NCBI GenBank assembly: GCA_011522725.1
Contig: WTIL01000081.1
Location: forward strand, 2,259 to 66,258
Reading direction: 5' to 3'
From: Rhodospirillaceae bacterium
Lineage (GTDB): Bacteria; Pseudomonadota; Alphaproteobacteria; Puniceispirillales; Puniceispirillaceae
Length of the DNA stretch: 64,000 bases
Of the stretch, positions 1 through 10,252 are shown one piece after another; positions within the stretch are counted from its first letter, which is position 1; each line of letters opens with the position of its first letter. The notes below the pieces were generated by a model. The model worked only from the letters and a program-made list of their open reading frames with translations. It was not told the DNA's origin and did not search any database. The translations under genes and the position numbers were made by a program.

Positions 1-94
1 GGCCAAAGCCATAACAAAGGCCAGAAAACTGAAGCGGCAACACCGCCGCAATTCGCCCGTTCGCGTGGTCCGCTAGCAGCCTGACTTTGACCAT

Positions 95-123
95 TTGGGC
101 CATTCGTTAAATTTCTGTATATT
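95..123 (+). promoter_or_regulatory. Candidate sigma70 promoter for the 155..490 gene
   Basis: TTGGGC(95-100)-17 nt-TATATT(118-123) in an AT-rich stretch, followed by GGAG and ATG at 155. Confidence 0.35.
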
Positions 124-154
124 AGCGCCAACTCATTTTTGGTGGAGTACCCCG

Positions 155-490
155 ATGGCGCAGACCCGCAGCAGCAAAATTCGTGTTCTGAGACGGCGTG
201 GCAAGTCGCGTCTTGTTCGCGTCAACGACCAACTCAATACGCTGACGTGGGAGATGTTCGAGAAGAACGCGCAGTTGAACGACGTCAACACGGCGCGCGC
301 TGTCGCCGTTCTCGACGACGCGCTTAGCCTGATCCAGCGTGCAGGCGCGCTTTTGAACTCGGTTCATGTCGAGGATGATCCGGACAAGCCGGCCGAGCCG
401 TCCCCTCAGGGTTTCGTCGGCGGCCGTGACAAGAGCGAGAACGGAAAGGGCAAGCCGGCCATGTCCCGTTCGGTCAGCAGCGTAAACTAG
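155..490 (+). CDS. Hypothetical protein (111 aa, basic N-terminus, helical core, disordered tail)
   Basis: ORF 95..490; GGAG RBS before ATG 155; GC-rich coding-like codon usage; no family recognised. Confidence 0.65.
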   Translation: MAQTRSSKIRVLRRRGKSRLVRVNDQLNTLTWEMFEKNAQLNDVNTARAVAVLDDALSLIQRAGALLNSVHVEDDPDKPAEPSPQGFVGGRDKSENGKGKPAMSRSVSSVN

Positions 491-496
491 GAGTAT

Positions 497-1138
497 TCAG
501 CTCCGTTCCCCGCCAAGAAGCCTGAAGCGTTTCAGAAACATGTCTGCCGCCTGTTGCGGTGGCACGGGCCGCAACCGGAACTCATCCGGCGTGCCGCGCG
601 GGCGTTGCAGTATCTTCGCGGCATCTTCCTTGCTGAACCCCGCAAGCTGTGTTGCCTCCAGCCATGCCGCCATCCGGTCGGCGCGCTTGATGGCCTTGGA
701 CACGGGTTCCGGCAGAACGGCAGGCAGGCCAAACCGGATGTGGATCGCCTCGGAGAGGTGTGATTCGATCTCGCGGTAGATTCCGCCGAGCGCGTATTTG
801 AACGGGGTAATCATGTCGCCGATCACATATTCAGGCGCATCATGCAACAGGGCTGCAAGCCGCCATCTGGTATCGAGCTTGGGCGCGTTCTGCGACACGA
901 ATCTCTCGACCATGACCGAGTGCTGCGCCACCGACATCGGGTACAGGCCTTTTGTCTGGCCGTTCCAGCGGCTGACCCTCGCAAGGCCGTGCGCGATGTC
1001 GATGATCTCTACATCCATCGGCGAGGGGTCGAGAATGTCGAGCCTGCGGCCGCTGAGCATGCGTTGCCAGGCGCGCCCGGGCTGTTGTGTGCGGCGGGCG
1101 CCGCGCGAGTTGGATTTTGAAGGTTCAGGCATAAGCAT
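497..1138 (-). CDS. HD-domain phosphohydrolase (YfbR/5'-deoxynucleotidase-like)
   Basis: Motifs DIAHGLARVSRWNGQT, SVAQHS, LLHDAPEYVIGD, KRAD; start 1138 or 1132 inferred. Confidence 0.85.
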   Translation of the reverse strand: MLMPEPSKSNSRGARRTQQPGRAWQRMLSGRRLDILDPSPMDVEIIDIAHGLARVSRWNGQTKGLYPMSVAQHSVMVERFVSQNAPKLDTRWRLAALLHDAPEYVIGDMITPFKYALGGIYREIESHLSEAIHIRFGLPAVLPEPVSKAIKRADRMAAWLEATQLAGFSKEDAAKILQRPRGTPDEFRLRPVPPQQAADMFLKRFRLLGGERS

Positions 1139-1263
1139 ATCCTGCCCCAGTCCAAGGGCAGGCTTCAAGTAAGACGGCCGTCTCAATCTTGCCTTTTATG
1201 AAAGGTAATGTATTGATCTGCGCCATAATAAAAATGCATCCGAAGAACGGGCAGTCAAACAGC

Positions 1264-1962
1264 ATGGATTTTTTCGAAACACGCGAAAGATATCGGCGGC
1301 GCGAGATGAAGGGCTACATCTCGCTGATGCTGCGCGTCTTCGTTGTCGGCGGTGTTCTCTGGCTTGGCTGGCTGTGGGGCCATGCCGAGACCGGCAGCCT
1401 TCGGGCCGAAGCCGAGCGCGCCTTGTTTGAAAACAACCAGCAGATCGCCGAGCTCAGCACCAACGTGCAGCGGCTCGAGACACAGCTTGCCGAGGCGAAA
1501 GCGAAGAACAAGGTCGATGACCTGGCACAGGGAAGCAATGCCCAGCTGAAGGCGCTGGTCACCAAAAAGATCGCGCGCGGGGTCACGCCGGCGCAGATCA
1601 TGCAGGCCATCCAGAGCCTTGGACGGCCAACGAACTGCCGCCAGCTTGAGCGTCTGAACATTGCCGTTGCGACCCCGCTTTACGGTGGGCCGGAATCAAA
1701 AGTAACGCTTTTTGACGGGGGGCTGAATCTTCACGTCGAAGGCGAGGGCGACCGGAAATCAGCCCGTGAAAAGCCGACTTTCGATCCGAAGCAGCCGGTC
1801 ACCGTGCGCATGGCGTTTCTCGACGGCCAGAAGGTCGAGACGGGCATGCTTCCCTTTCAGGCGGTGATCCCGGCCGAAGACCGTATCCTGTTGCTCGATT
1901 TCGAGCCTTCGGAACTTCTGGGATATGTCGGCGCCAGCATCCTGAGCTGCACACAGCGCTGA
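1264..1962 (+). CDS. Hypothetical membrane-anchored coiled-coil protein
   Basis: Basic N-terminus, one TM (FVVGGVLWLGWLWG), heptad-rich segment, C-terminal domain with two Cys; start at MDFF inferred. Confidence 0.7.
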   Translation: MDFFETRERYRRREMKGYISLMLRVFVVGGVLWLGWLWGHAETGSLRAEAERALFENNQQIAELSTNVQRLETQLAEAKAKNKVDDLAQGSNAQLKALVTKKIARGVTPAQIMQAIQSLGRPTNCRQLERLNIAVATPLYGGPESKVTLFDGGLNLHVEGEGDRKSAREKPTFDPKQPVTVRMAFLDGQKVETGMLPFQAVIPAEDRILLLDFEPSELLGYVGASILSCTQR

Positions 1963-1989
1963 CTGCCAAACGTTGACCACCCGGGACGA

Positions 1990-2607
1990 TCAGTCGGACG
2001 GTCGCACGGCTTCAAAAATATCTGTCACGCGTCCGTAGTCGCGATAGCCGAGCCGGCTGACCGGAACGAACCGGTCATAGGCAATCTTGCCATCGACGAC
2101 CACGTCGTCATCAACATGGATGCCTGTTATTGTCCCGATCACCATCACATATCCCCTGTCGTCAGAATTGCGTGGCAGCTGGATTGTGTCGTGCAGCTTG
2201 CATTCCATGGCCGCCGCGGCGCCGCCGACGCGGGGTGTTGCCACCGTTTCGGACGCCACCATCTCGAGGCCGGCATGGATGAATTCATTGTCGCCGTATG
2301 GGAAATTGCCGGAGGAGATATTCATCGCGTCAAACTGCGCCTCGCCAACCACATTCACGGTGAACTCGCCTGTTTCCTCGATGTTGCGGAGACTGTCCTT
2401 GCGCTGGCCGCCGGCAAGCACCTCGGCGCTGAAAAACAGCATTGCCGGGTCTTCGGACACGGCATTGAAAAAGCTGTATGGCGCCAGATTGATACTGCCG
2501 TCCGCGCCGCGCGACGACACCCATGCTATGGGGCGCGGCGAGACGATGGCTTTCAGCGGATTGTGAGACAGCCCGGCCGCCTTGTGCTGCATCGGTAGAA
2601 AAAACAT
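1990..2607 (-). CDS. Flavin reductase family protein (DIM6/NTAB)
   Basis: VSPRPIAWVSS, NLAPYSFFN, KDSLRNIEETGEFTVN, SRLGYRDY motifs. Confidence 0.9.
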   Translation of the reverse strand: MFFLPMQHKAAGLSHNPLKAIVSPRPIAWVSSRGADGSINLAPYSFFNAVSEDPAMLFFSAEVLAGGQRKDSLRNIEETGEFTVNVVGEAQFDAMNISSGNFPYGDNEFIHAGLEMVASETVATPRVGGAAAAMECKLHDTIQLPRNSDDRGYVMVIGTITGIHVDDDVVVDGKIAYDRFVPVSRLGYRDYGRVTDIFEAVRPSD

Positions 2608-2647
2608 GTTCGATTCCCGTTTTGGACAGGAGGCTTATTTCCCTGCG

Positions 2648-2663
2648 TCATGTTGGAACATGA
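2648..2663. promoter_or_regulatory. Perfect inverted repeat, candidate operator between divergent flavin reductase and GST genes
   Basis: TCATGTT-GG-AACATGA. Confidence 0.4.
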
Positions 2664-2747
2664 TATGAGCGTCTCTATATTACAACCGCGCGAGCGACGT
2701 TCCTTGAACCAGCCGCGCCGACAGACCCGCAGATATTGGATCACCAC

Positions 2748-3425
2748 ATGATTGAACTCCACTACGCTCCGACACCAAACGGGCACAAGATTTCCATTGC
2801 GCTTGAGGAACTCGGGCTGGAGTACGACGTCCACCGGGTCAATATCGGTCAGGGTGACCAGTTCAAGCCCGAATTTCTGGCGTTCAGCCCGAACAACAGA
2901 ATACCGGCCATCATCGACCGCGACGCCGATGGCGGCGAGCCTGTCGGCATCTTCGAATCAGGCGCGATCCTGCTCTATCTCGCTGAAAAGACCGGCAAGC
3001 TGATGCCGGTGTCCGGAACCGGCCGCAAGACCGTGATGGAGTGGCTGATGTGGCAGATGGGCGGGTTCGGCCCGATGCTCGGCCAGGCGCACCATTTCAA
3101 TTTCTATGCGCAGGAAAAAGTGGATTACGCGATCAACCGCTACAGCAACGAGGCAAACCGCCTCTACGGCGTGCTGGACCGTCAGCTTGAAGGGCGTGAG
3201 TATGTGGCCGGCGACTATTCTGTCGCGGACATCGCCATCTTCCCCTGGACCCGCACCTATGAACGCCAGCATGTGACGATCGAGGATTACCCCAATGTCG
3301 TGCGCTGGCGTAAGACCATGTTCGCACGGCCTGCCGTGCAGCGCGGGATGAAGGTCGGTGCGGAATGGCGTGAAGACCTGCGCTCGCTGTCCGACGAGGA
3401 ATGGAAAAAGCTGTTCGGCGCCTGA
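2748..3425 (+). CDS. Glutathione S-transferase, Nu class (YfcG/YghU-like)
   Basis: TPNG motif, SPNNRIPAI, IFESGAILLYLAEK, WLMWQMGGFGPMLGQAHHF. Confidence 0.92.
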   Translation: MIELHYAPTPNGHKISIALEELGLEYDVHRVNIGQGDQFKPEFLAFSPNNRIPAIIDRDADGGEPVGIFESGAILLYLAEKTGKLMPVSGTGRKTVMEWLMWQMGGFGPMLGQAHHFNFYAQEKVDYAINRYSNEANRLYGVLDRQLEGREYVAGDYSVADIAIFPWTRTYERQHVTIEDYPNVVRWRKTMFARPAVQRGMKVGAEWREDLRSLSDEEWKKLFGA

Positions 3426-3430
3426 TCCGG

Positions 3431-3610
3431 TCAGGTTGGGGTGGTTTCGCCGCCGATCCGGAGCGTGCAGGCGCCTGTGAAGACCTGTGTGACCAGTGAT
3501 TCCTTGCAACGGTGCCAGTGTTTCTTCGGCCCGCCGGTTTCGGCGTTCCAGATCGTGGCGATGGCCAGCGCCGTCAGCAATCCGATCAATATCCAGTTCC
3601 AGCGGCTCAT
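3431..3610 (-). CDS. Small 59-aa membrane protein, translationally coupled to ycgN
   Basis: ATGA overlap with ycgN stop at 3607-3610; MSRWNWILIGLLTALAIATIW TM helix; two Cys. Confidence 0.6.
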   Translation of the reverse strand: MSRWNWILIGLLTALAIATIWNAETGGPKKHWHRCKESLVTQVFTGACTLRIGGETTPT

Positions 3611-4062
3611 CGTTCGGTATCCCCGTCCCAGGTGGTGATGTGGTCGATCAGATCGCCGACCGGAACCGAATCTTCCGGGAACACGCGGCCTGCCACAGAT
3701 TTGCCGGCCTTGCGCGTGCTGTCGGCATCGCCGCTCAGAAGCGGGTGCCATGCCGACAGGCTCTTTCCCTCATGCAGGATGCGATAGGCGCAGCTTTCGG
3801 GCATCCACGGCAGTGACTCCAGATTGTCAGGGCTCAGGGTGATGCAGTCGGGCACATATCTCTTCCGGTCCGGGTAATTGGTGCAGGATGCGTTGCCGCA
3901 ATCAAGAAGACGGCATGCCACATCGGTGTAATGAATCTCGCCCGTATCGCTGTCCTCGAGCTTCAGCACGCAGCACTTGCCGCAGCGGTCACACAGCGAT
4001 TCCCATTCGGCCGGTGTCATGTCGCCGAGGCTCTTTTCTTTCCAGAATGGTCGTTCCGACAC
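3607..4062 (-). CDS. ycgN: YcgN/UPF0260 cysteine-cluster protein
   Basis: FWKEKSL..MT.AEWESLCDRCGKCC, ACRLLD, CTNY, WMPESCAYR; GTG start at 4062 inferred. Confidence 0.9.
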   Translation of the reverse strand: MSERPFWKEKSLGDMTPAEWESLCDRCGKCCVLKLEDSDTGEIHYTDVACRLLDCGNASCTNYPDRKRYVPDCITLSPDNLESLPWMPESCAYRILHEGKSLSAWHPLLSGDADSTRKAGKSVAGRVFPEDSVPVGDLIDHITTWDGDTER

Positions 4063-5288
4063 AGCCTGTCCCTGAATTCGGTTTCCAGTTCGGTGATGTA
4101 GTCCCGACTCTCCGGTACGGCCTGATGATCGTCGGAAAGCTGAAGCTGGACGACCATACCATGCTGGCACCGGAAAAAATATTCGCATCCGGCAAGGTAG
4201 AATTCCCACATCCGCACAAAACGTTCGTCATAGAGCGCGGTGATCCGGTCCCTGTTCAACAGAAAACGCATCCGCCAGTGGAGCAGTGTCTCGGCGTAGT
4301 GGCCGCGCATGATCTCCATATCGAGAATCTTCAGCCCGCCTGCCTCTGCGGCGCGGACAAGCTGGGGCAGTGAAGGAAGGTGACCCCCCGGAAAGATGTA
4401 TCTGGTCATCCATCTGTTTACCGGGGCGGCTCGGTCATGAACCGCAATGCTGTGGATCACGGCCACGCCGCCGGGAGCCAGCAGGCGCCTCACCGTCCGG
4501 AAATAGGCGGGCACGTCTGCAGGGCCGACATGTTCTAGCATGCCGACCGACACGATCCGGTCGAACGCGCCACCCTGGTCGCGGTAATCGCGCAGTGCGA
4601 AATCCAGCCTGTCTTCAAGACTGTGCTCGGCTGCTGTTTTCCGCGCATGGGCAAGCTGGCGTTCGGACAGGGTAATGCCGGTCACGGACAGATTCTCGCG
4701 GCATTCCGTCATCGCCATGGCAAGCCCGCCCCAGCCGCATCCGATATCGAGAACGCTTTGTCCCGGCTGCAGGTTCAGCTTGGCGGCAAGCCGCGCCAGC
4801 TTGGTTTCCTGAGCCGTCTCGAGACTGTCGTCAGGGCGGTGGAAATAGGCGCAGGAATATTGGCGACGCGGGTCAAGAAACGTCTCGAACAGCTCGTCCG
4901 TCAGGTCGTAATGGTGGGCTACGTTGCGTCTGGAGCGCCAGCGTGGGTTGAGATGCCGCAGCCAGGCGAGGCAATTGCCGAAGCGCAGCGTCAAACGGCC
5001 GGCCCAGTGCCTCGACCAGTGACGCGAATTCAGCATCAGCAGCTCCATCAGCGCGTCGATGCCGCCATTGCCTGTCGAAATCCGGCCATCCATATAGGCC
5101 TCGCCAAAGGCAAGGTCCGGCTTGGTGACAAGGCGCAGAAACGTTGCCCGGTCATGGATTGTTATGCTGGCATGCGGACCGGGGCTGCGGCCTTGCAGCT
5201 GGTGTCCTGACCCGTTGGCAAGTGTCAGGTCGAGGGTTCCGCAGATAACGAACTGGCGCATGATTGCCAGTGCAAGGAAGTCAAACAT
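4017..5288 (-). CDS. cfa: Cyclopropane-fatty-acyl-phospholipid synthase family methyltransferase
   Basis: NVAHHYDL, YSCAYF, VLDIGCGWGG, IVSVGMLEHVG, YIFPGG, RMWEFYLAGCE. Confidence 0.9.
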   Translation of the reverse strand: MFDFLALAIMRQFVICGTLDLTLANGSGHQLQGRSPGPHASITIHDRATFLRLVTKPDLAFGEAYMDGRISTGNGGIDALMELLMLNSRHWSRHWAGRLTLRFGNCLAWLRHLNPRWRSRRNVAHHYDLTDELFETFLDPRRQYSCAYFHRPDDSLETAQETKLARLAAKLNLQPGQSVLDIGCGWGGLAMAMTECRENLSVTGITLSERQLAHARKTAAEHSLEDRLDFALRDYRDQGGAFDRIVSVGMLEHVGPADVPAYFRTVRRLLAPGGVAVIHSIAVHDRAAPVNRWMTRYIFPGGHLPSLPQLVRAAEAGGLKILDMEIMRGHYAETLLHWRMRFLLNRDRITALYDERFVRMWEFYLAGCEYFFRCQHGMVVQLQLSDDHQAVPESRDYITELETEFRDRLCRNDHSGKKRASAT

Positions 5289-5430
5289 GGCGCGCACCAT
5301 ATCGGCTTATTTGCTGACGTAATCCGTGCGAACTCTGATATAACCCCAATCATTACGGATGACCCGATGATACCCGAGGGTAACCTTTGCGCCATCCGGT
5401 CTTGTGTCGATACATCCCGGAACACCGCCG

Positions 5431-7245
5431 ATGGCAGCACAGTCACCGCATCTTGGTGCCGATTACGACCTGCCCCGGGCCGATCTGGCTTTCCGGGACG
5501 GGGTGCCGTTCGCGGCCGCGTTCGACGATGGCTACTACAATGCCGATGACGGCCTGGCGGAAAGCCGGCACGTCTTCCTCGACGGCAACGGCCTTTCGGC
5601 CCGGATGCGAGAATTACGCCATCTGACCATCGCGGAAACAGGGTTCGGCACCGGCCTCAACCTTCTTGCTGTGATGGCGGAAATGAACCGTCATCCGGAA
5701 TTGCGCCTCGATTATATCTCGTTCGAAGGGTTCCCCCTGACAGCTGAACAGATGGAACAGGCGCATGCGTCCTTCACCGCCGTTGCGGCAGAGGCGGCGG
5801 CTCTTCGTGCGGCCCTGCCGCCCCGCTGGCCGGGGTATCATCTTGTCCAGCTGTGTGGTGGGCGGCTGACGCTGCATCTGCATTACGGCGAAATCGGCGA
5901 TATGCTGCCGTCGCTGGATTTCAGGGCGGATTGCTGGTTCCTCGACGGGTTCGCGCCGGCCCGCAACCCGTCCATGTGGACAGCCGAAAACATGTTTCAT
6001 GTCGGCAGGCTGACAAGGCCCGGTGGCTCTCTTGCAAGTTTCACGGCGGCAGGCGATGTGCGCCGCAGCCTCGAGGTGGCCGGATTCGCCGTTGAGCGGG
6101 TTCCGGGCTACGGGCGCAAGCGGCAGATGATCCGGGGCAGGCGAAGCGGAGATCGGGACGACCAGCCGATGCCGCCATCCCGCATTGCGGTGATTGGCGG
6201 CGGCATTGCCGGCGCGGCCGCGGCCGCGGGTCTGCGCCGTCGCGGGGCAGAGGTCGTGTTGCTCGAGACCGGAACCGGGATCGGGGAAGGGGCGTCCGGC
6301 AATCGCATGGCGCTGCAGAGCCCGCGGCTGACGGTTGATCACAATGCGATGAGCCGTTTGTCCGCCGCCTGCCTGTCCTTTGCGGCGCGGCTGTCCGACC
6401 TGTCGGGCGCGACCATGGCCAAGGGTGTCCTCGCTCTTGACGCGCCGGAACGGATGGCCGCGCGCCATCACGTGTTCCGCGGCCAGGCCTGGCCGGTTGA
6501 TCTGCTTCGCGCCGCCGGCCCTGAAGATTTGCCCGCCAGTGTTGACGAGAGCGGCAGCGCGATTGTCTACCCGTTTGGCCGCGTCATCAGGCCGGACATG
6601 CTGCTGCCCTGTCTGATGGGGGACACGCAGCTGGTTTCGGGTTTTGAGGTGGCCTCGATCGACGCCGGCGAGGATGGTCTGCTGATCGCGGCCAAGGACG
6701 GCCGGCAGCGGCAAGCGGATGCGGTGGTTCTGGCGTCCGGCGCGGATCTTGGTCAGATGATGGCGTTGAGTGGCGACCTGTTGCCTCTGGAACAGTCATA
6801 CGGGCAGGTCAGCCATGTGCCTGTTGCGGCCACGCCGCTAAATCATGAGTTGTCGAACGGGGTGAGCTTTGGCGGTTATCTGACACCTGCGCTGGACGGG
6901 CTCCGCGATCTTGGCGCAACCTTCACGAAGCAACAGCAGGATGTCCGGACCGGCCATGAGCACAATCTCGGCCTGTTGCCAGAGACTTGGCAGAGCTGGA
7001 TGGCCAGCCCGTCTCCGGAAGCGTTTGGCTCGCGCGTCCGGCGCCGGGCAAGCCTGCCCGACAGGCGGCCTGTTGCCGGAAAACTTGCCGAGGGCATATG
7101 GGTCCTTGGCGGGCTCGGCGCGCGCGGGTTTACCCTGGCGCCGCTTCTTGGCGAGACGCTGGCGGCAGAAATGCTGGGGCATGCCGCGCCGATGGACCGG
7201 GCGCAACGCGCCGGCATTCTGCCGGATCGCTACAAGGATCGCTGA
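5431..7245 (+). CDS. mnmC: Bifunctional tRNA mnm5s2U biosynthesis protein (MnmD methyltransferase + FAD oxidoreductase)
   Basis: FDDGYY..GLAESRHVFL, ETGFGTGLN, WFLDGFAPARNP, GYGRKRQM, then IGGGIAG FAD motif and GLGARG. Confidence 0.92.
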   Translation: MAAQSPHLGADYDLPRADLAFRDGVPFAAAFDDGYYNADDGLAESRHVFLDGNGLSARMRELRHLTIAETGFGTGLNLLAVMAEMNRHPELRLDYISFEGFPLTAEQMEQAHASFTAVAAEAAALRAALPPRWPGYHLVQLCGGRLTLHLHYGEIGDMLPSLDFRADCWFLDGFAPARNPSMWTAENMFHVGRLTRPGGSLASFTAAGDVRRSLEVAGFAVERVPGYGRKRQMIRGRRSGDRDDQPMPPSRIAVIGGGIAGAAAAAGLRRRGAEVVLLETGTGIGEGASGNRMALQSPRLTVDHNAMSRLSAACLSFAARLSDLSGATMAKGVLALDAPERMAARHHVFRGQAWPVDLLRAAGPEDLPASVDESGSAIVYPFGRVIRPDMLLPCLMGDTQLVSGFEVASIDAGEDGLLIAAKDGRQRQADAVVLASGADLGQMMALSGDLLPLEQSYGQVSHVPVAATPLNHELSNGVSFGGYLTPALDGLRDLGATFTKQQQDVRTGHEHNLGLLPETWQSWMASPSPEAFGSRVRRRASLPDRRPVAGKLAEGIWVLGGLGARGFTLAPLLGETLAAEMLGHAAPMDRAQRAGILPDRYKDR

Positions 7246-7977
7246 TCAGAGGCCAAGCATCGCCCGTGCATCGACCAGCTCGCCATGATGCGTGCAGTCG
7301 GTCGCCAGCAGCGCCAGGAAAGCAGGCGCGATGTCCTCGGGCGAGGGAAGTGTCTCGGGATTCTCGCCTGGAAATGCCGAGGCGCGCATCTTTGTCGCCG
7401 TGCCGCCGGGGTTCAGCATATTGATCCGCAGGTTCGTCTGCTCGCTTTCGCCAGCCCATGACCGTCCCACAGCTTCGAGCGCCGCCTTGGTTGCCGCATA
7501 GGGACCCCAGAAGGGGCGGCTTCCAACAGCGGCACCGGATGTGACAAGAACCGCCCGGCCGGCCGGCGAGGCACGCAGCAACGGGTCGAGGGCGCGAATC
7601 ATGTGCCATTGCCCGGTCAGGTTGACGGCAACAGACTCGTCCCATGCTTCGGGCGTCAGATGCGTGACAGGTGTCAGCGCCGGCAGCATGGCGGCGTTGG
7701 CAACAAATCCGTCGAGCCGTTCCCACCGCCCGGCAATCGCCGCGGCAAGGCGCGGAATGGCCGGTGTGTCCTTCATATCCAGCTCGACCATGGTGGACCG
7801 GCCGCCGGCCGCGCGGATGGCGTCGTCAGCCTCTTCCAGCGCCCCGACCGTCCGCCCGGTGATGATCAGTTCAGCGCCGGCCGCCGCGGCCGCTATCGCA
7901 ACCGCCCGTCCGATCCCGCGTGTGGCACCGGTCACAAGGACAAGTTTGCCCGACAGATCGACAGAACCACCGCCCAT
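7246..7977 (-). CDS. SDR family oxidoreductase (YciK-like), usual purF neighbour
   Basis: [30 protein letters not shown]. Confidence 0.88.
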   Translation of the reverse strand: MGGGSVDLSGKLVLVTGATRGIGRAVAIAAAAAGAELIITGRTVGALEEADDAIRAAGGRSTMVELDMKDTPAIPRLAAAIAGRWERLDGFVANAAMLPALTPVTHLTPEAWDESVAVNLTGQWHMIRALDPLLRASPAGRAVLVTSGAAVGSRPFWGPYAATKAALEAVGRSWAGESEQTNLRINMLNPGGTATKMRASAFPGENPETLPSPEDIAPAFLALLATDCTHHGELVDARAMLGL

Positions 7978-9443
7978 TATTGCGAACCCCCGTGCGAGAC
8001 ACGTTTCGCGCTGAGCCCGGAAGCAAGCCGGATCGGGTAGTCGCCGGTGAAACAGGCATCGCAGAACTGCGGCTGGTCCTCGTTGCGGGCCATGTCGCCG
8101 ATGGCCTTGTACATGCCGTCGACCGTGATGAAGGCGAGGCTGTCCACGCCGATCTCGGCGGCAATCTCGTCGACGGTCATGCGTGCCGCGATCAGCTGGT
8201 CCTGGCTTGGCGTGTCGACCCCATAGAAGCAGGGGTGCGTGGTTGGCGGGCTGGCGATGCGCATATGCACTTCCGCGGCGCCGGCATTGCGCATCATCGT
8301 CACGATCTTGCGCGACGTGGTGCCGCGCACGATCGAATCATCGACAAGCACGATCCGCTTGCCCTTGACCGCCGCCGGATTGGCGTTGTGCTTCAGCTTC
8401 ACCGAATCGGTGCGGCCTTTCTGCGTCGGCTGGATAAAGGTCCTGCCGACATAATGGTTGCGGATGATCCCGAGGTCGAAGGGAACCCCCGATTTTTCCG
8501 CATAGCCAAGCGCCGCCGGTACGCCGGAATCGGGAACCGGGATGATCAGGTCGGCATCGATGTGGGACTCGCTTGCCAGCTCGCCGCCAATGGCCTTGCG
8601 GGCGTGATAGACGCCGCGTCCCTCGACGATCGAATCCGGGCGCGAGAAATAGACATATTCGAAGACACAGAACCTCGGCGCGACCTGCTGGAACGGCATC
8701 TCGCTGCGGACGCCGTTCTTGTCGATGATCAGCATCTCGCCGGGCTCAAGATCGCGCACGACGGTGGCGCCGACGATGTCGAGGGCGCAGGATTCAGACG
8801 CCAGAAGCCAGGTGTCGTCACGCTTGCCAAGGATCAACGGCCGCACCCCGTGCGGGTCGCGCACCCCGATCAGCATGTCATCGGCGACGCAGACGAGAGA
8901 ATAGGCGCCGTCGATCTGCTTCAGCGCATCGACAAGCCTGCCGGTCACATCGGCCTGATGGGAGCGGGCCACAAGATGCACGATGACCTCGGTGTCGGAG
9001 GATGACTGGAACAGGCTGCCGGTCTCGATCAATGACGCGCGCAGCCGGCTGGCGTTTGTCAGGTTGCCGTTATGGGCCAGTGCGAATCCGCCAAAGGCAA
9101 GTTCGGACGAAAACGGCTGGATTTCCATCAGTGGATTGATGTTGCCGCTTGTCGAGTAACGGTTGTGGCCGATGGCGGCGTGGCCGCGGAGCCGGGCCAT
9201 CTGCGGCGAGTCGGCGCCGAAATTGTCACCGACATGGCCAAGCGCGCGGTGCGCGTGAAAGGCATCTCCGTCATAGCTGACGATGCCGGCGGCTTCCTGA
9301 CCTCGGTGCTGAAGCGCATGAAGGCCGAGCGCTGTGAGCACGCAGGCCTCGTCGCTTCCGAAGACGCCGAAGACGCCGCATTCCTCGTGAAAGCAGTCAA
9401 GAGGATCGTATCCTGTTAACGGCTCGTCTTCACGCCCTGCCAT
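7977..9443 (-). CDS. purF: Amidophosphoribosyltransferase
   Basis: [39 protein letters not shown]; start at MAGRED inferred. Confidence 0.97.
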   Translation of the reverse strand: MAGREDEPLTGYDPLDCFHEECGVFGVFGSDEACVLTALGLHALQHRGQEAAGIVSYDGDAFHAHRALGHVGDNFGADSPQMARLRGHAAIGHNRYSTSGNINPLMEIQPFSSELAFGGFALAHNGNLTNASRLRASLIETGSLFQSSSDTEVIVHLVARSHQADVTGRLVDALKQIDGAYSLVCVADDMLIGVRDPHGVRPLILGKRDDTWLLASESCALDIVGATVVRDLEPGEMLIIDKNGVRSEMPFQQVAPRFCVFEYVYFSRPDSIVEGRGVYHARKAIGGELASESHIDADLIIPVPDSGVPAALGYAEKSGVPFDLGIIRNHYVGRTFIQPTQKGRTDSVKLKHNANPAAVKGKRIVLVDDSIVRGTTSRKIVTMMRNAGAAEVHMRIASPPTTHPCFYGVDTPSQDQLIAARMTVDEIAAEIGVDSLAFITVDGMYKAIGDMARNEDQPQFCDACFTGDYPIRLASGLSAKRVSHGGSQ

Positions 9444-9562
9444 AGCTGGAAACCCGCACTCTGTTGTCCTCTGGAACATGTATGGCGGCACGGTTGCGCG
9501 CCGCCTTTGGTATCGGGGAAAATCCCCGCTAAATCAAGCGCCGGCTGACCCCGCCGACACGG

Positions 9563-10222
9563 TCAGTTGCCGCCTTCGTCCTGCAGCAGGTTAAGCCCGC
9601 CGCCCGATCCATCATTGTTATCCGACGCAGCATCTTCAATGCGCTCGCTCACGGCCTCTCCGGCTTCCTGCAGCTCCTCGGTTGTTTCCGACGCGTCGGG
9701 AAGGTTCTCGATCAGCTGTTCACGCATGTCCGGCGGCAGGACACCGGACATCAGATGGGCGCTTTCCCGCAATGCCGGTGTGATCTGGGCGTCTGTGACC
9801 AGCCCGGGAAGATTGTCCTCGCCCTCGGCTGCGACGACGGCGCTGGCATAGATCACAAGCACGATGACAAAGCCGCGGATCAGGCCGAACAGGAAGCCGA
9901 GCCAACGGTCGAGGCCGCCGAGCCCGGCCTTGCTGAGACCCGGCGAGACCAGCGAGGAAAAGGCGAACCAGAGGACGACGACAACGATGAAGGGAATGCC
10001 CCAGGCAAGCGCCTGGCTGATGCCTTCGACGCGGATCAGGTCGGTCAGCAAGGGCTCCAGATACGGTGCGCTCAGCCTTGCCGCGACAATCGAGATCGGC
10101 CAGCCGGCCAGCCCCATGATTTCGCGTGTCATACCCCTGAGCGTGGCCAGTCCGCCGGACACGACGAGTACGATAATCGCCACGAAATCGACGATGTTGA
10201 GGGCGGCGAGATCAAAACCCAT
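9563..10222 (-). CDS. cvpA: CvpA family membrane protein
   Basis: RGMTREI, LDRWLGFLFGLIRG; located between radA and purF. Confidence 0.9.
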   Translation of the reverse strand: MGFDLAALNIVDFVAIIVLVVSGGLATLRGMTREIMGLAGWPISIVAARLSAPYLEPLLTDLIRVEGISQALAWGIPFIVVVVLWFAFSSLVSPGLSKAGLGGLDRWLGFLFGLIRGFVIVLVIYASAVVAAEGEDNLPGLVTDAQITPALRESAHLMSGVLPPDMREQLIENLPDASETTEELQEAGEAVSERIEDAASDNNDGSGGGLNLLQDEGGN

Positions 10223-10252
10223 AAGACTGGTCCTCGAGGGCGGCTGTCAGCT

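Noticed and set aside
1-76. Possible 3' end of an upstream plus-strand gene (...RRNSPVRVVR*)
   Set aside because: Too short to establish frame or identity
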